The notes: generated from the sequence alone by a model not told the origin. A stretch of DNA of 64,000 nt from Candidatus Marinacidobacterales bacterium (GCA_965226495.1 OZ245365.1:640001-704000), one strand, 5' to 3'; counted from the stretch's first letter, positions 40,868-50,200 are shown. Numbers and translations: made by a program.

Positions 40868-40885
40868 TGAGGTAATTTCCCTACA
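40868..40885. promoter_or_regulatory. Putative enhancer palindrome TGAGGTAATTTCCCTACA
   Basis: Same motif family; 152 bp upstream of the sigma54 box. Confidence 0.45.
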
Positions 40886-40961
40886 TCTATAGGGCTCAAC
40901 GAGTTAGGGCAAGGAGGAGAATCGAGAGTAAGCTTATTAAGAGGTTGGAAGCCCTGGCGGG

Positions 40962-42827
40962 TTAGCGCCCGGAGGCTTCCTGACCGCGGCGGAAGCTTTG
41001 GCTCACGCGCCACCGCACGCGGACCCGAACCCCATCTTTTTCCGCCGGCTGGAAGCGCCACGTCCACAGAGCATCGAGAACCGCCCCATCCAGGACCGAG
41101 CCCGCCGATTCGATCACCTGGAGATCCACCGGATGGCCACCCTCGGTGATGATCATCTCGACGACGACGGTGCCTTCTTCTCCCTGCTGGATAGCGTTTT
41201 CTGGATAGGAAGCGAACTCCCCGCGGATTCGCCAGGGTGGGGTCATGTCGGGGCCGAGCTCGACGAGATCTCCCTTACGGGTCGTGGAAACGGGACGCAA
41301 GGATAAAGCGGTCAGGCGCGCTCGGAGGTGAAGGCTTTCACCGGCTTCCGCATCGATGTCGAAACTCCACGGGCGGAACCCTTCTCGCTCTACGACGACC
41401 TCGTGGGCTCCCGGATGGATAGGGAAGTCTTCGATGGGCGAGGCCCCGACGGATTCCCCGTCTATTCTGACCAGAGCTTCTTCCGGTTCGGCGCTCAGAA
41501 ACAGGCTCGTGCGAGCCGGTAGCATTTCAAAAAAAGTAGTGGAGGGTAGAATACCGGCCTGAACATCGAAGTTTTTCTCGACCGGCAAGAACCCTTTCTT
41601 GGCGACTCGAAGCTCTAGTTGGCCATCGGGAACCGGATTCAAGACGACGGGCGAAGTACCCACTTCGTTTCCGTTGAGCCAAACGGTGGCCCCGGAAGGC
41701 GTCGTCTCTACGCGAAGCCCTTCGACTGCGGCTGGCGCGACGGGTGTCGAGGCACCGGCACCTACGAAAACGGCGATAATCGCGGCCCCGGCTGCGGCGA
41801 GAAGAGATGATGTCGCGATGAAGGTTGCGCGCCGGAGGCGCAGTGTGAGGGCGACGGGGTGACTCCGTTTGCCGCCCGCGGTCCTTCTGGCTGGATCACG
41901 TGCGATGACGTATGGCGCCTTCTCGATGCCGGGCAGCCTGACGGTATCGCTTCCCACCGAAGACGAAAACAATTCTGGTCTCGGAGGTGGTTTGGCCCCG
42001 GACGTCGCGAGCTCTATTTTTTCGAGCTTGGTCAAAGACAACGTGCGTGCGAATTCGGCAGCGGTTGCGTAGCGATCAGCCGGCTTCTTGGCCAGGACGG
42101 AGCGGAAGATCTGGTCGTAACGAGCGGGCAGCGCACCGTTCCATTGTCGCGGTGATACAGGATCTTGATTGACGACTCGAAAGAGGATGGAGGGGATTTT
42201 GTCGCCCGAGAAGGGTCTCCTTCCGGTCAATATTTCATACGTCACGACGCCGAGCGAGAAGATATCCGCTTGTGCGGTCGGTTCTTGGCTAAGAACTTGT
42301 TCGGGTGACATATAAGGTGGCGAGCCCAGCGACTCGCCGTCCGTCGTCATGATGGTCGATTCCAAGTGCGCAACACCGAAGTCCATGATCTTGGGCTGGC
42401 CGTCGGGAAGGATCATAATGTTCGAAGGCTTCACGTCCCGATGGATGATGCCATGTTGGTGCGCGAAGTCGAGCGCCTCGGCGATCGGAGAGACGATGTC
42501 GAACACTTCGTCCGGTGGCAGCACGCCTCTTTGGGCAAGCAGGCTCAAGAGCGTCATGCCTTCCAGGTACTCCATCACGAAGTAGTCGTCGCTGACGTCG
42601 TAGATGGTCACAATGTTGGGATGGGATAGAGCACCGGCCGCCCGCGCCTCACGCTGGAAGCGCTGCATGTATTCTTTCGCGTGGGCTTGCCTCAGGTATT
42701 CGGGTCGTACGGTCTTGATGGCTACCACCCGGCGACAGAGTGGATCGTAGCCGCGGTATACCTTTCCCATGGCGCCGCGCGCGATTTCGGCCTGAAGCTG
42801 GTAGCGGCCAAGGGTGCGAGGGATCAT
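40962..42827 (-). CDS. Ser/Thr kinase - TM - 2x PEGA - TonB C-terminal domain protein
   Basis: ARGAMGKVY, HRDVKPSNIM, DFG, YMSPEQ; PEGA-like VETTPSGATVWLNG…G.SP and AEPEEALVRIDG; TonB-C-like YPENA…EGTVVV…LDGAVLDALWTWRFQPA. Confidence 0.85.
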   Translation of the reverse strand: MIPRTLGRYQLQAEIARGAMGKVYRGYDPLCRRVVAIKTVRPEYLRQAHAKEYMQRFQREARAAGALSHPNIVTIYDVSDDYFVMEYLEGMTLLSLLAQRGVLPPDEVFDIVSPIAEALDFAHQHGIIHRDVKPSNIMILPDGQPKIMDFGVAHLESTIMTTDGESLGSPPYMSPEQVLSQEPTAQADIFSLGVVTYEILTGRRPFSGDKIPSILFRVVNQDPVSPRQWNGALPARYDQIFRSVLAKKPADRYATAAEFARTLSLTKLEKIELATSGAKPPPRPELFSSSVGSDTVRLPGIEKAPYVIARDPARRTAGGKRSHPVALTLRLRRATFIATSSLLAAAGAAIIAVFVGAGASTPVAPAAVEGLRVETTPSGATVWLNGNEVGTSPVVLNPVPDGQLELRVAKKGFLPVEKNFDVQAGILPSTTFFEMLPARTSLFLSAEPEEALVRIDGESVGASPIEDFPIHPGAHEVVVEREGFRPWSFDIDAEAGESLHLRARLTALSLRPVSTTRKGDLVELGPDMTPPWRIRGEFASYPENAIQQGEEGTVVVEMIITEGGHPVDLQVIESAGSVLDGAVLDALWTWRFQPAEKDGVRVRVRWRVSQSFRRGQEASGR

Positions 42828-42867
42828 AGATTTAGGCTTGCGTTAGTCGAGCTGAAAATTGTAACCC

Positions 42868-42897
42868 AGTGGAGCTCAACATGTAAAGATTCGCCGA
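42868..42897 (-). promoter_or_regulatory. Possible sigma70 promoter (TTTACA-N18-TACAAT)
   Basis: Motif match only. Confidence 0.35.
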
Positions 42898-42917
42898 AAC
42901 GCTTATTTTGTCAGGGA

Positions 42918-44072
42918 TTAGGCTCTTTCGAGCAACTCGCGAGCGATGACCAAGTGCTGGATCTCGGAAGTGCCTTCGTAAATCCGGAGGGCCCGGACCT
43001 CCCGATACAACCGCTCGACGACCGAGCCTTTGGTGATGCCCCGGCCGCCGTGGATTTGAACGGCTTGGTCAACGATCCGTTGGGCGGCTTCAGTGGAAAA
43101 AAGCTTGGCCATCGCCGACTCTAGTGTCGTGCGACCTTCTTGCGTGTCTCTGGCGTGCGCGGCACGGTAGACGAGGAGCCGCGAGGCGTCAAGCTCGGTC
43201 GCCATGTCGGCCAATTTGAACTGAATCGCCTGAAACTCTGCGATAGGGCTTCCGAATTGCCGTCGTTCCCGAGCGGTGCGCAACGATTCTTTCAAGGCAC
43301 GTCCCGCCAAGCCGCAGGCGGCAGCTCCAACGGTTGGCCGGAATTTGTCGAGAGTCGTCAACGCGATCTTGATTCCCTGTCCCTCCTCGCCGAGCCGTTG
43401 TGATTCCGCCACTTCGCAGTCTTTGAGCTCGATCGAGCCGTTGGGGTGCGGGGCTATCAATGCCGTTTTTTCCTTGAGCTTGAGTCCCGGTGAGGACCCC
43501 TCGACAACGAACGCGGAGAGCCCTTTGCTCCCGGCTCCCGGATCCGTAGAGGCGAAGACGATATAGGTTGCGGCGATCCCGGCGTTCGAGATGAAGCATT
43601 TTGTGCCATTAATAATGTAGCGGTCGGCTTTCTTCTGGGCTCGGGTCGTTATCGCGCCAACGTCACTTCCTGCCTCGGGCTCGGTGAGAGCGAATGCCGC
43701 CACCGCCTCGCCCTCCCCGACCGCAGGAAGATAGCGCTTTCTTTGTGCGTCCGTTCCGGCCAGGGTTATCGGAAAGCTACCGAGGCCTTGGAGTGCGAAC
43801 ATCGAATCGGCCAGAGACGAGCCACGAGCAAGCTCTTCGCGAATGACAGCCAGGGAGCGCGTTTCGACCGTTTTCTCAATGCCACCGAACTGCGCAGGGA
43901 CGACGTATGACGTCCAGCCTCCTTCGGTAACCTTCGCCAGCAGTCTCAGCCCCTCTTGGTCGATATCCTCGTCTTCTTTTCCCGGATCGGAGTAAATGTG
44001 CTGCTCGACCCACGATCGGGCCCGATGCGCAAGCTCGCGCTGAGCATCGGTAAGGAACACATCGACGCTCAT
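42918..44072 (-). CDS. Acyl-CoA dehydrogenase
   Basis: AFALTEPEAGSD, NGTKCFISNA, RQFGSPIAEFQAIQF, QIHGG, IYEGTSEIQ. Confidence 0.92.
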   Translation of the reverse strand: MSVDVFLTDAQRELAHRARSWVEQHIYSDPGKEDEDIDQEGLRLLAKVTEGGWTSYVVPAQFGGIEKTVETRSLAVIREELARGSSLADSMFALQGLGSFPITLAGTDAQRKRYLPAVGEGEAVAAFALTEPEAGSDVGAITTRAQKKADRYIINGTKCFISNAGIAATYIVFASTDPGAGSKGLSAFVVEGSSPGLKLKEKTALIAPHPNGSIELKDCEVAESQRLGEEGQGIKIALTTLDKFRPTVGAAACGLAGRALKESLRTARERRQFGSPIAEFQAIQFKLADMATELDASRLLVYRAAHARDTQEGRTTLESAMAKLFSTEAAQRIVDQAVQIHGGRGITKGSVVERLYREVRALRIYEGTSEIQHLVIARELLERA

Positions 44073-44869
44073 GGGTCTAGCTTCTTGAAGTCAGGCGGGC
44101 GTTTTTCGATGAAGGCGTCGTAGCCCTCGCGAAACTCCGGCCTTTCCATGAGCGTAGCCTGAGCTCGCGCCTCGGCCTCTAGGGCGTCTTCGAACGACAT
44201 CGACGCCTCGCTGTTGATCAACTCTTTCGTAAGACCGATGGCGTGTACCGGTCCTTGGGCAAGCCTCTCGGCGAGCTTGTAGGTTTCCGGCATCAGCTCA
44301 TCGGCCGGTACCACGCGGTTGGCCAGCCCGATGCGGAGCGCCTCTGCCGCGTCTACCGAGCGTCCGGTAAAGAGAAGCTCGGAGGCGATTCCGGTGCCGA
44401 CGAGCCGCGGCAGCATCCAAGCTGCCCCCATGTCCGCCCCTGCGAGGCCGACTTTCACGAAGAGAAAGGCGAACTTGGCGCTCTCGGCGCACACGCGGAT
44501 GTCGCTCGCCAGCGCTAGCACCGCGCCTGCTCCGGCCGCGATGCCGTTCACAGCCGCGATGATCGGTTTTTGGAGTCGCCTCATGTTGCGGATGACGTTA
44601 CATGTCAGAGTAGTGAACTCGTACTTCCGATCAGCATCTTCTTCCAGAAGTTTCTCGATAATGTCCGTGACGCTGCCGCCGGAGCAAAAGCCGCGCCCTT
44701 CGCCGGTCAGCACCACGGCGCGGACGGCACTCTCGTGTTGGAGGTCGGTGAAGGCTCTATCCAGCTCCTCATAGACCTCGAAGGTGAGGGAGTTCAGTGT
44801 GTCCGGGCGGTTTAGCCGTATCGTGGCAATCGAGTCGTCCACCGAGTAGACGAAGCTCTGGTATGGCAT
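44069..44869 (-). CDS. Enoyl-CoA hydratase/isomerase (crotonase family)
   Basis: LNRPDTLNSL, FCSGG, KPIIAAVNGIAAGAG, DMGAAWMLPRLVG; ATGA overlap with the ACAD gene. Confidence 0.9.
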   Translation of the reverse strand: MPYQSFVYSVDDSIATIRLNRPDTLNSLTFEVYEELDRAFTDLQHESAVRAVVLTGEGRGFCSGGSVTDIIEKLLEEDADRKYEFTTLTCNVIRNMRRLQKPIIAAVNGIAAGAGAVLALASDIRVCAESAKFAFLFVKVGLAGADMGAAWMLPRLVGTGIASELLFTGRSVDAAEALRIGLANRVVPADELMPETYKLAERLAQGPVHAIGLTKELINSEASMSFEDALEAEARAQATLMERPEFREGYDAFIEKRPPDFKKLDP

Positions 44870-44881
44870 GCGACTCCTCAG

Positions 44882-45658
44882 TTAGTAAAAGACGGCACCG
44901 CCATCGATGTTGATGGCCTGACCATTGATGCCGAGCGCCTCATCTGAAGCCAGCATGACCGCAACGCGGGCCACTTCTTCCGGCTCGATGAGTCGATCCT
45001 GTGGAGAGAGTTTCTCCAGTCGCGAGAGCGCGTCCGCCTCACTCATCCCGGTCTTCTGCGAAATCTTTGCGATCGACCGCTTCGTCATGTCCGTTGCCAC
45101 ATAGCCGGGACAGATCGCATTGACGGTCACGTGGTGCTGCACCATTTCGAGCGCTAGCGCACGGGTGAAGCCGAGAAGGCCGTGTTTGCTCGCGCAGTAC
45201 GCCGCCGTATAGGGAAACCCAACCTTACCCGCAGTCGAAGCGATATTGATGATCCGCCCCCAGTTCTTGTCGATCAGTCCTGGCAAAAACGCCCTGGTGA
45301 CGTGATAGGCGCCCGTGAGGTTCACGCGCAAGTGTTCATCCCAGAGCTCATCGTCCATGTCGACGGTTTTGGCGCTCTTGGCGATGCCGGCGTTATTGAC
45401 CAGGATGTCCGCCACGCCCAAGGAAGCGGTCGTCTCCTTCATCGCGGCTTCGATGGAGGCTTTGTCGGTGACGTCGAGGGGAACAGTTACCGCGCTGCCC
45501 CCGTGGGATTCGATGGTAGAAGCGAGCTGGCGGAGCTCTTCGAGCGAACGGGAGCAAAGGGCGACGGCCGCCCCCTCACCCGCTAAGGCGAGAGCGATCG
45601 CTCGACCGATGCCCCGACTCGCGCCAGTGACCACGGCGATCTTGCCTTGCAGAGACAT
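44882..45658 (-). CDS. SDR oxidoreductase (3-hydroxyacyl-CoA / 3-hydroxybutyrate dehydrogenase-like)
   Basis: TGASRGIG, NNAG, YCASKHG, ICPGYVATDM. Confidence 0.88.
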   Translation of the reverse strand: MSLQGKIAVVTGASRGIGRAIALALAGEGAAVALCSRSLEELRQLASTIESHGGSAVTVPLDVTDKASIEAAMKETTASLGVADILVNNAGIAKSAKTVDMDDELWDEHLRVNLTGAYHVTRAFLPGLIDKNWGRIINIASTAGKVGFPYTAAYCASKHGLLGFTRALALEMVQHHVTVNAICPGYVATDMTKRSIAKISQKTGMSEADALSRLEKLSPQDRLIEPEEVARVAVMLASDEALGINGQAINIDGGAVFY

Positions 45659-45665
45659 CGGCCGC

Positions 45666-46094
45666 TCACACCTTGCGCTTCTGGGCCAAATGGATGAGTA
45701 CTCCGAAAGCGTCTCGCGGATGGACGAAGGCTTCGTCCCAATGATAGCCCTCGAAGCTGACGTCGGGAGCGTACTGGTGTCGATATGCGATCTCTACGCC
45801 TCTCTTCTTGAGCTCGGCGATGGCGTGTTCGAGGTCGTCGACCTCGAACGAAATGTGATGGACCCCTTCACCGCGTTTCTTCAGAAAACGAGCGATGGGG
45901 CTATCGTCGTCATACGGTGAAAGAAGCTCCAGCTTTTTTCCGCCGAGGGTAAAGGGCCGGTAGCGGAACTTCATGTCCTTGACGTCTTCCGTGTCCTCGA
46001 ACTCGGCGTCGAATGCCTTCTCGAAAAACTCCTGTGCCCGATCGAGATCCTGCACCGCGATGGCAACCCGCTCGATGTTTTTTACGAAGCTCAC
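45666..46094 (-). CDS. VOC family protein (methylmalonyl-CoA epimerase-like)
   Basis: AIAVQDLD…LELLSP…FLKKRGEGVHHISFEV…FVHPRDAFGVLI. Confidence 0.8.
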   Translation of the reverse strand: MSFVKNIERVAIAVQDLDRAQEFFEKAFDAEFEDTEDVKDMKFRYRPFTLGGKKLELLSPYDDDSPIARFLKKRGEGVHHISFEVDDLEHAIAELKKRGVEIAYRHQYAPDVSFEGYHWDEAFVHPRDAFGVLIHLAQKRKV

Positions 46095-46113
46095 TCTCGG
46101 ATATCCTTTCTCG

Positions 46114-47463
46114 CTAGCTGAAGATCTTGCTGATCAGGCCTTGTAACGGACCCCACCATCCATACACGAGAATGACCACAATGACGCTCGGGATCACGTA
46201 GCGGATCCAGAAGATCCAAAAATCCCCGATCTTGATCGAGCTGCCTCGGTTCACCTCTTCGAGGGCCTTACCTCGCGTCACGAACCAACCCAGCGCGATC
46301 AGCGTGAGGGCGCTCCCTACGGGCTGCATGGTGGAGCCCCAGATGAGGTCGCTATACATGAGGTATTGGCTACTCCACATGGGGATCAGGGACAGGAACA
46401 CCTGGACACAAACCAGGCCTACCAGAGCGCGAGCCCGGCTCATCCCGAAGTACAAATGCAACCCATCCACGAGGACTTCAATGGCGGCGACTCCGGATAG
46501 GAAAGCGGCGAAGAAAAGGGCAGCGAAGAAGATGGTTCCCACGATAGTACCGCCGGGGATCTGTGCGAAGACTCCGGGGAGAGTAATAAAGATGAGCGAG
46601 GGGCCGCTACCGGGTTCGAGCCCAAGAGCGAAAACGGCGGGCAAGACGGCGAGGCCACCGAGCATCGCCGCTGTCAGGTCTCCGATCGCAGTCGCCACCG
46701 CCGTTTTTGGGATATCTTCGTCCGCGCGGAGGTAACTCCCGTAGAGAACGAAGAATGTGCCGCCCAGGGACATGCTGAAGAAGACCTGGCCGAGCGCGGC
46801 GAGCAGAGTCTGCGCCGTGATCTTCGAGAGGTCCGGAACCAGGAAGAAGCGTACACCCTCCCACGCACCGGGCAGAGTGACCGATCGGATGATCACCACG
46901 AGTAGAGAAACGAAAACAATGGGCATGACGATGCGAGACACGGACTCGATGCCCCGACGAACGCCGAAGTACAAAACGCCGGCGATGGCTACGAAGACGG
47001 CGAGGGTGCTCAAGATGTTCTCGACCGTAATGCCTTCGAGGTGTTGGCTGAAGAATTCAGCGGGGTCCTGGCCCAAGAAACTTCCCGCGAGCGTGGCCCC
47101 CGCGTAGAAGAGCACCTGTCCGATGATGAGCATGTAGTAGGAGCTGGCCATGAATACGGTGACAAAGAGCAGAATCCCGACGCCTTTTCCGCCTGGCATT
47201 CCCGTCGCCGTGAAGGCGCCAGCCGGTCCCTGTCGCGTGTGTCGACCCAATGTCCATTCCGCCATCATGGCGGGAATGCCGAGAAGGAATGCGAAGACCA
47301 AGTAGACGGCGACAAATGCGGCACCACCGTACGTGCCCGCCATGTAGGGGAAGCGCCAGACGTTGGCCAGGCCGACCGCGACTCCGATCAGTGCCATGGT
47401 CGAGCCGAAACGAGAGGTGAAGGTTTCGCGTGTGGCGCCGGGTGAAGGAGGGAGCTCAGGCAT
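46114..47463 (-). CDS. Sodium-dependent transporter, NSS/SNF family
   Basis: SRFG…GVAVGLANVWRFPY…GGAAF, ALGQVFFSMSLG, GPSLIFITLP; ATG 47463 overlaps the cupin stop. Confidence 0.9.
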   Translation of the reverse strand: MPELPPSPGATRETFTSRFGSTMALIGVAVGLANVWRFPYMAGTYGGAAFVAVYLVFAFLLGIPAMMAEWTLGRHTRQGPAGAFTATGMPGGKGVGILLFVTVFMASSYYMLIIGQVLFYAGATLAGSFLGQDPAEFFSQHLEGITVENILSTLAVFVAIAGVLYFGVRRGIESVSRIVMPIVFVSLLVVIIRSVTLPGAWEGVRFFLVPDLSKITAQTLLAALGQVFFSMSLGGTFFVLYGSYLRADEDIPKTAVATAIGDLTAAMLGGLAVLPAVFALGLEPGSGPSLIFITLPGVFAQIPGGTIVGTIFFAALFFAAFLSGVAAIEVLVDGLHLYFGMSRARALVGLVCVQVFLSLIPMWSSQYLMYSDLIWGSTMQPVGSALTLIALGWFVTRGKALEEVNRGSSIKIGDFWIFWIRYVIPSVIVVILVYGWWGPLQGLISKIFS

Positions 47464-47782
47464 GGGAGGGCGGTGGGGATATGAAGACAAGAAGAATCAG
47501 ACGCTCCGCGTTTGGGTTACGGACACCGTGTGGCTCGCCGGCGGGTGCGAGCACCGCCTGACCGGGTCCGATCTCTTCGTTTTCCTCTCCGACTTGAATG
47601 GTTCCTCGACCTTCGAGAGCGACATAGACTTTGTCGGAGCCATCATGGATGTGAGTCTTCTGCGCTTGGTTGGGTTCCAGGCAATAGAGATCGCAGAAGA
47701 GCCGAGGCGTTTCGAAGATGCCGACCTTTTGCATCTTCTCGGATGAGAAACGGCGTGCTTTTACAAGAGTTCTGATGTCCAT
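47456..47782 (-). CDS. Cupin domain protein
   Basis: HIH…KVYVALEGRG…PAGEPHGVRN. Confidence 0.85.
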   Translation of the reverse strand: MDIRTLVKARRFSSEKMQKVGIFETPRLFCDLYCLEPNQAQKTHIHDGSDKVYVALEGRGTIQVGEENEEIGPGQAVLAPAGEPHGVRNPNAERLILLVFISPPPSHA

Positions 47783-47795
47783 GGTTTCAGTGTTT

Positions 47796-48530
47796 TCACG
47801 CCGAGGCCGGCTTCAGATAGTCTCGGGCCTCGAAGGCTTGTCCGGTGACCGAAGACGACTCATCCGAGGCGAGGTAGACGAAAGCCTCGGCGATGTCCTC
47901 CGGAGTGGGAAGTGTCAAGGGGTCTTCGTCGGGGTAGGCGGCGCCCCGCATCGCGGTACGTGTCGCTCCGGGGTTCACGCTGTTGACGCGAATGCCGTTT
48001 GGGCGGAGCTCCTCCGCCAGTACCTGGGTGAACCCCTCCAAGCCGAACTTCGACACCGCATAGGGACCCCAGTTCGGTTTCCCTTTTCGACCCACGCTCG
48101 AGCTGACATTAATGACCGAGCCGCTCCCTCGACGAATGAGTGCCGGCAAGAGGGGACGGGTCACGTAGAAGAGGCTCGCGGTATTGATACGCAGGACCTC
48201 GTCCCAGGTGGCGATGTCGAGATCGACCAGAAGGGCCCTCCTGCCTAGGATGCTCGCGTTGTTGACCAAGATGCTGAGGTCTGGAAAAAGGGAGAGGGCG
48301 GACTCGACCAGACGCCGAGCTTGCTCGGGGTTGCCGACGTCCGCAGCCGCGAAACCGACCTCGGGTCCAATCTCTTGAAGATCACGGGCCGCATCCGCAA
48401 GGTCCTTTTCTCCACGCGCGCACAGGAAGACTCGGGCGCCTTCCTTCAGGAAGGCGGATGCGATCCCGCGTCCGATTCCCTTGCTGGCGCCCGTAACCAA
48501 CGCCGCTTTGCCCTCGAGTCTTTTACTCAC
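47796..48530 (-). CDS. SDR oxidoreductase (YciK-like)
   Basis: TGASKGIG, NNASILG, YAVSKFG, NPGATRTAMRGAAYPDEDP. Confidence 0.85.
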   Translation of the reverse strand: MSKRLEGKAALVTGASKGIGRGIASAFLKEGARVFLCARGEKDLADAARDLQEIGPEVGFAAADVGNPEQARRLVESALSLFPDLSILVNNASILGRRALLVDLDIATWDEVLRINTASLFYVTRPLLPALIRRGSGSVINVSSSVGRKGKPNWGPYAVSKFGLEGFTQVLAEELRPNGIRVNSVNPGATRTAMRGAAYPDEDPLTLPTPEDIAEAFVYLASDESSSVTGQAFEARDYLKPASA

Positions 48531-48539
48531 GACCGGTGC

Positions 48540-48568
48540 ATTCTATGAGCAGTGGTCCGAGGCATCAA
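48540..48568 (-). promoter_or_regulatory. Possible sigma70 promoter (TTGATG-N17-TAGAAT) for the catabolic operon
   Basis: Motif match; would give a nearly leaderless mRNA. Confidence 0.4.
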
Positions 48569-48633
48569 GGCGGAACTGGGAGGAACTGGACGAATTGGCT
48601 ACGCCGGGACGGTCCAGGTTAAGCTTCTGACGC

Positions 48634-49551
48634 ATGGCGCCGAATCCCGACCTAAGTGTGGTGCTTCCCGTGTTCAATGAGGAGGCCAATATTGGGGAGC
48701 TTCACCAGCGTCTGGTCGGTGTCTTGACCCCCCTCGGGCTCGCGTTCGAGGTCATTTACGTCGATGACGGAAGCTCCGATCGATCCCGCGACCTTATCGC
48801 CAAGTTGGCGACGTCGGATTCGCGAGTGGGTCTCTTGGTTCTGAGTCGCAATTTCGGACACGAGGTCGCTTTGATGGCGGGACTCGATCACGCTAGCGGG
48901 GACGGCGTCGTCCTCATTGATTCCGACCTGCAGGATCCGCCGGAGCTCATCCCCGAGCTGGTGGTGCGCTGGCGGGAAGGCTTCGACGTCGTCTACGCTC
49001 AGCGAAAGGCCCGCCTAGGAGAATCCGGCTTCAAACGGGCGACCGCCTTCGCCTTCTACCGTGCGATTCGCCTCATCGCTCCCCTGGATCTACCACCCGA
49101 CACCGGCGACTTCCGATTGCTATCCCGCCGCGCCGCCGATGCACTCCGCAGTTTCCGCGAGCGGCAGCGATTCTTGCGGGGTTTGGTCGCCTGGACCGGT
49201 TTTCGCCAGACAAACGTTCTCTACGACCGACCGGCGCGAAAAGCGGGAGAGAGTACCTATCGACTCGGAGCGATGATACGGCTCGCGATGACGGCAACCC
49301 TATCCTTCAGTAACTTTCCCATCTCCCTCGTCGGTTTGGCGGGAGCGGCGGTCTGCGCCGCGTCGCTAGTCGGCTGGGGATGGGGGGCGTCGGCGGGTAC
49401 CGCGGCCTTGTTTTTCCTGGGCGGCGTCCAGTTGGTGGGGCTTTGGGTGTTGGGTCAGTATCTCGCCGGAATCGCCGAGGAGGTCAGGCGCCGGCCCCTC
49501 TATGTGGTTCAAGAATCTCTGAACGTGGCGGGCTCTCTCCGAACGAGTTAG
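48634..49551 (+). CDS. GT2 polyisoprenyl-phosphate glycosyltransferase (GtrB/ArnC-like)
   Basis: SVVLPVFNEE, VDDGSSD, SRNFGHE, IDSDLQDPPE, GDFRLLSR, RRPLY. Confidence 0.9.
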   Translation: MAPNPDLSVVLPVFNEEANIGELHQRLVGVLTPLGLAFEVIYVDDGSSDRSRDLIAKLATSDSRVGLLVLSRNFGHEVALMAGLDHASGDGVVLIDSDLQDPPELIPELVVRWREGFDVVYAQRKARLGESGFKRATAFAFYRAIRLIAPLDLPPDTGDFRLLSRRAADALRSFRERQRFLRGLVAWTGFRQTNVLYDRPARKAGESTYRLGAMIRLAMTATLSFSNFPISLVGLAGAAVCAASLVGWGWGASAGTAALFFLGGVQLVGLWVLGQYLAGIAEEVRRRPLYVVQESLNVAGSLRTS

Positions 49552-49556
49552 GCACC

Positions 49557-50048
49557 TCACCGCTCGGGGGGGACCAGGAGCCTTTCGACAGCTTGGACCA
49601 TCTCCTCCCGCGTCATGACCGAGAACGTCTTATTCGCCACTTCGCCATCAGCCGCGAAGAAAAAAGTGGCCGGAATCGCACCGGTCCATTCGGAATCGAT
49701 GACGCGGATGAATGCGTCGATGTTGTCGGTTTGCTTGAGGTAAACAGGAAAGCGCGGTCGATGTTTATCCAGAAAGGGAAGGAGCTTCGAATCAATGTCC
49801 TTAGGAAAATCGGCAGAAACTGAGACTACCACCAAACCGTGGTCGCGGTATGTTTTCTCGAGGGAGACGATCTCCGGAAACTCGACGATACACGGGGGGC
49901 ACCACGTGGCCCAAAAGTTTAGGAGCACGACCTGGCCACGATGCTGGCGAACGATTTCCAGGATGTCGGGAGCATCGACCTGACGCAGAGACTCGCGCGA
50001 CGGCGCTTGGGTCCATGCTAGGCTGGAGACAAGTGCGGCTGCAAGCAA
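49557..50048 (-). CDS. TlpA/ResA/CcmG-like thioredoxin
   Basis: LLNFWATWCPPC..E.P and GAIPATFF; follows ccmD. Confidence 0.85.
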   Translation of the reverse strand: MLAAALVSSLAWTQAPSRESLRQVDAPDILEIVRQHRGQVVLLNFWATWCPPCIVEFPEIVSLEKTYRDHGLVVVSVSADFPKDIDSKLLPFLDKHRPRFPVYLKQTDNIDAFIRVIDSEWTGAIPATFFFAADGEVANKTFSVMTREEMVQAVERLLVPPER

Positions 50049-50065
50049 GAGGGAGATCGGCCGGC

Positions 50066-50200
50066 CTATTTCTTCTCCTCCAGAATTTTCTTCAGGGTCT
50101 CGATCTCGCGGTCGAGTCGCTGTTGTTTCTTAGATAGGCTCACTAAATAAAAGAAGAGTGCTGTCCAAATGACCATGTAAGCGGCGAACAAGTAGCTCAT
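50066..50200 (-). CDS. ccmD: Heme exporter protein CcmD (44 aa; missing from ORF track)
   Basis: MSYLFAAYMVIWTALFFYLVSLSKKQQRLDREIETLKKILEEKK; ATGA overlap with the ccmC stop. Confidence 0.8.
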   Translation of the reverse strand: MSYLFAAYMVIWTALFFYLVSLSKKQQRLDREIETLKKILEEKK

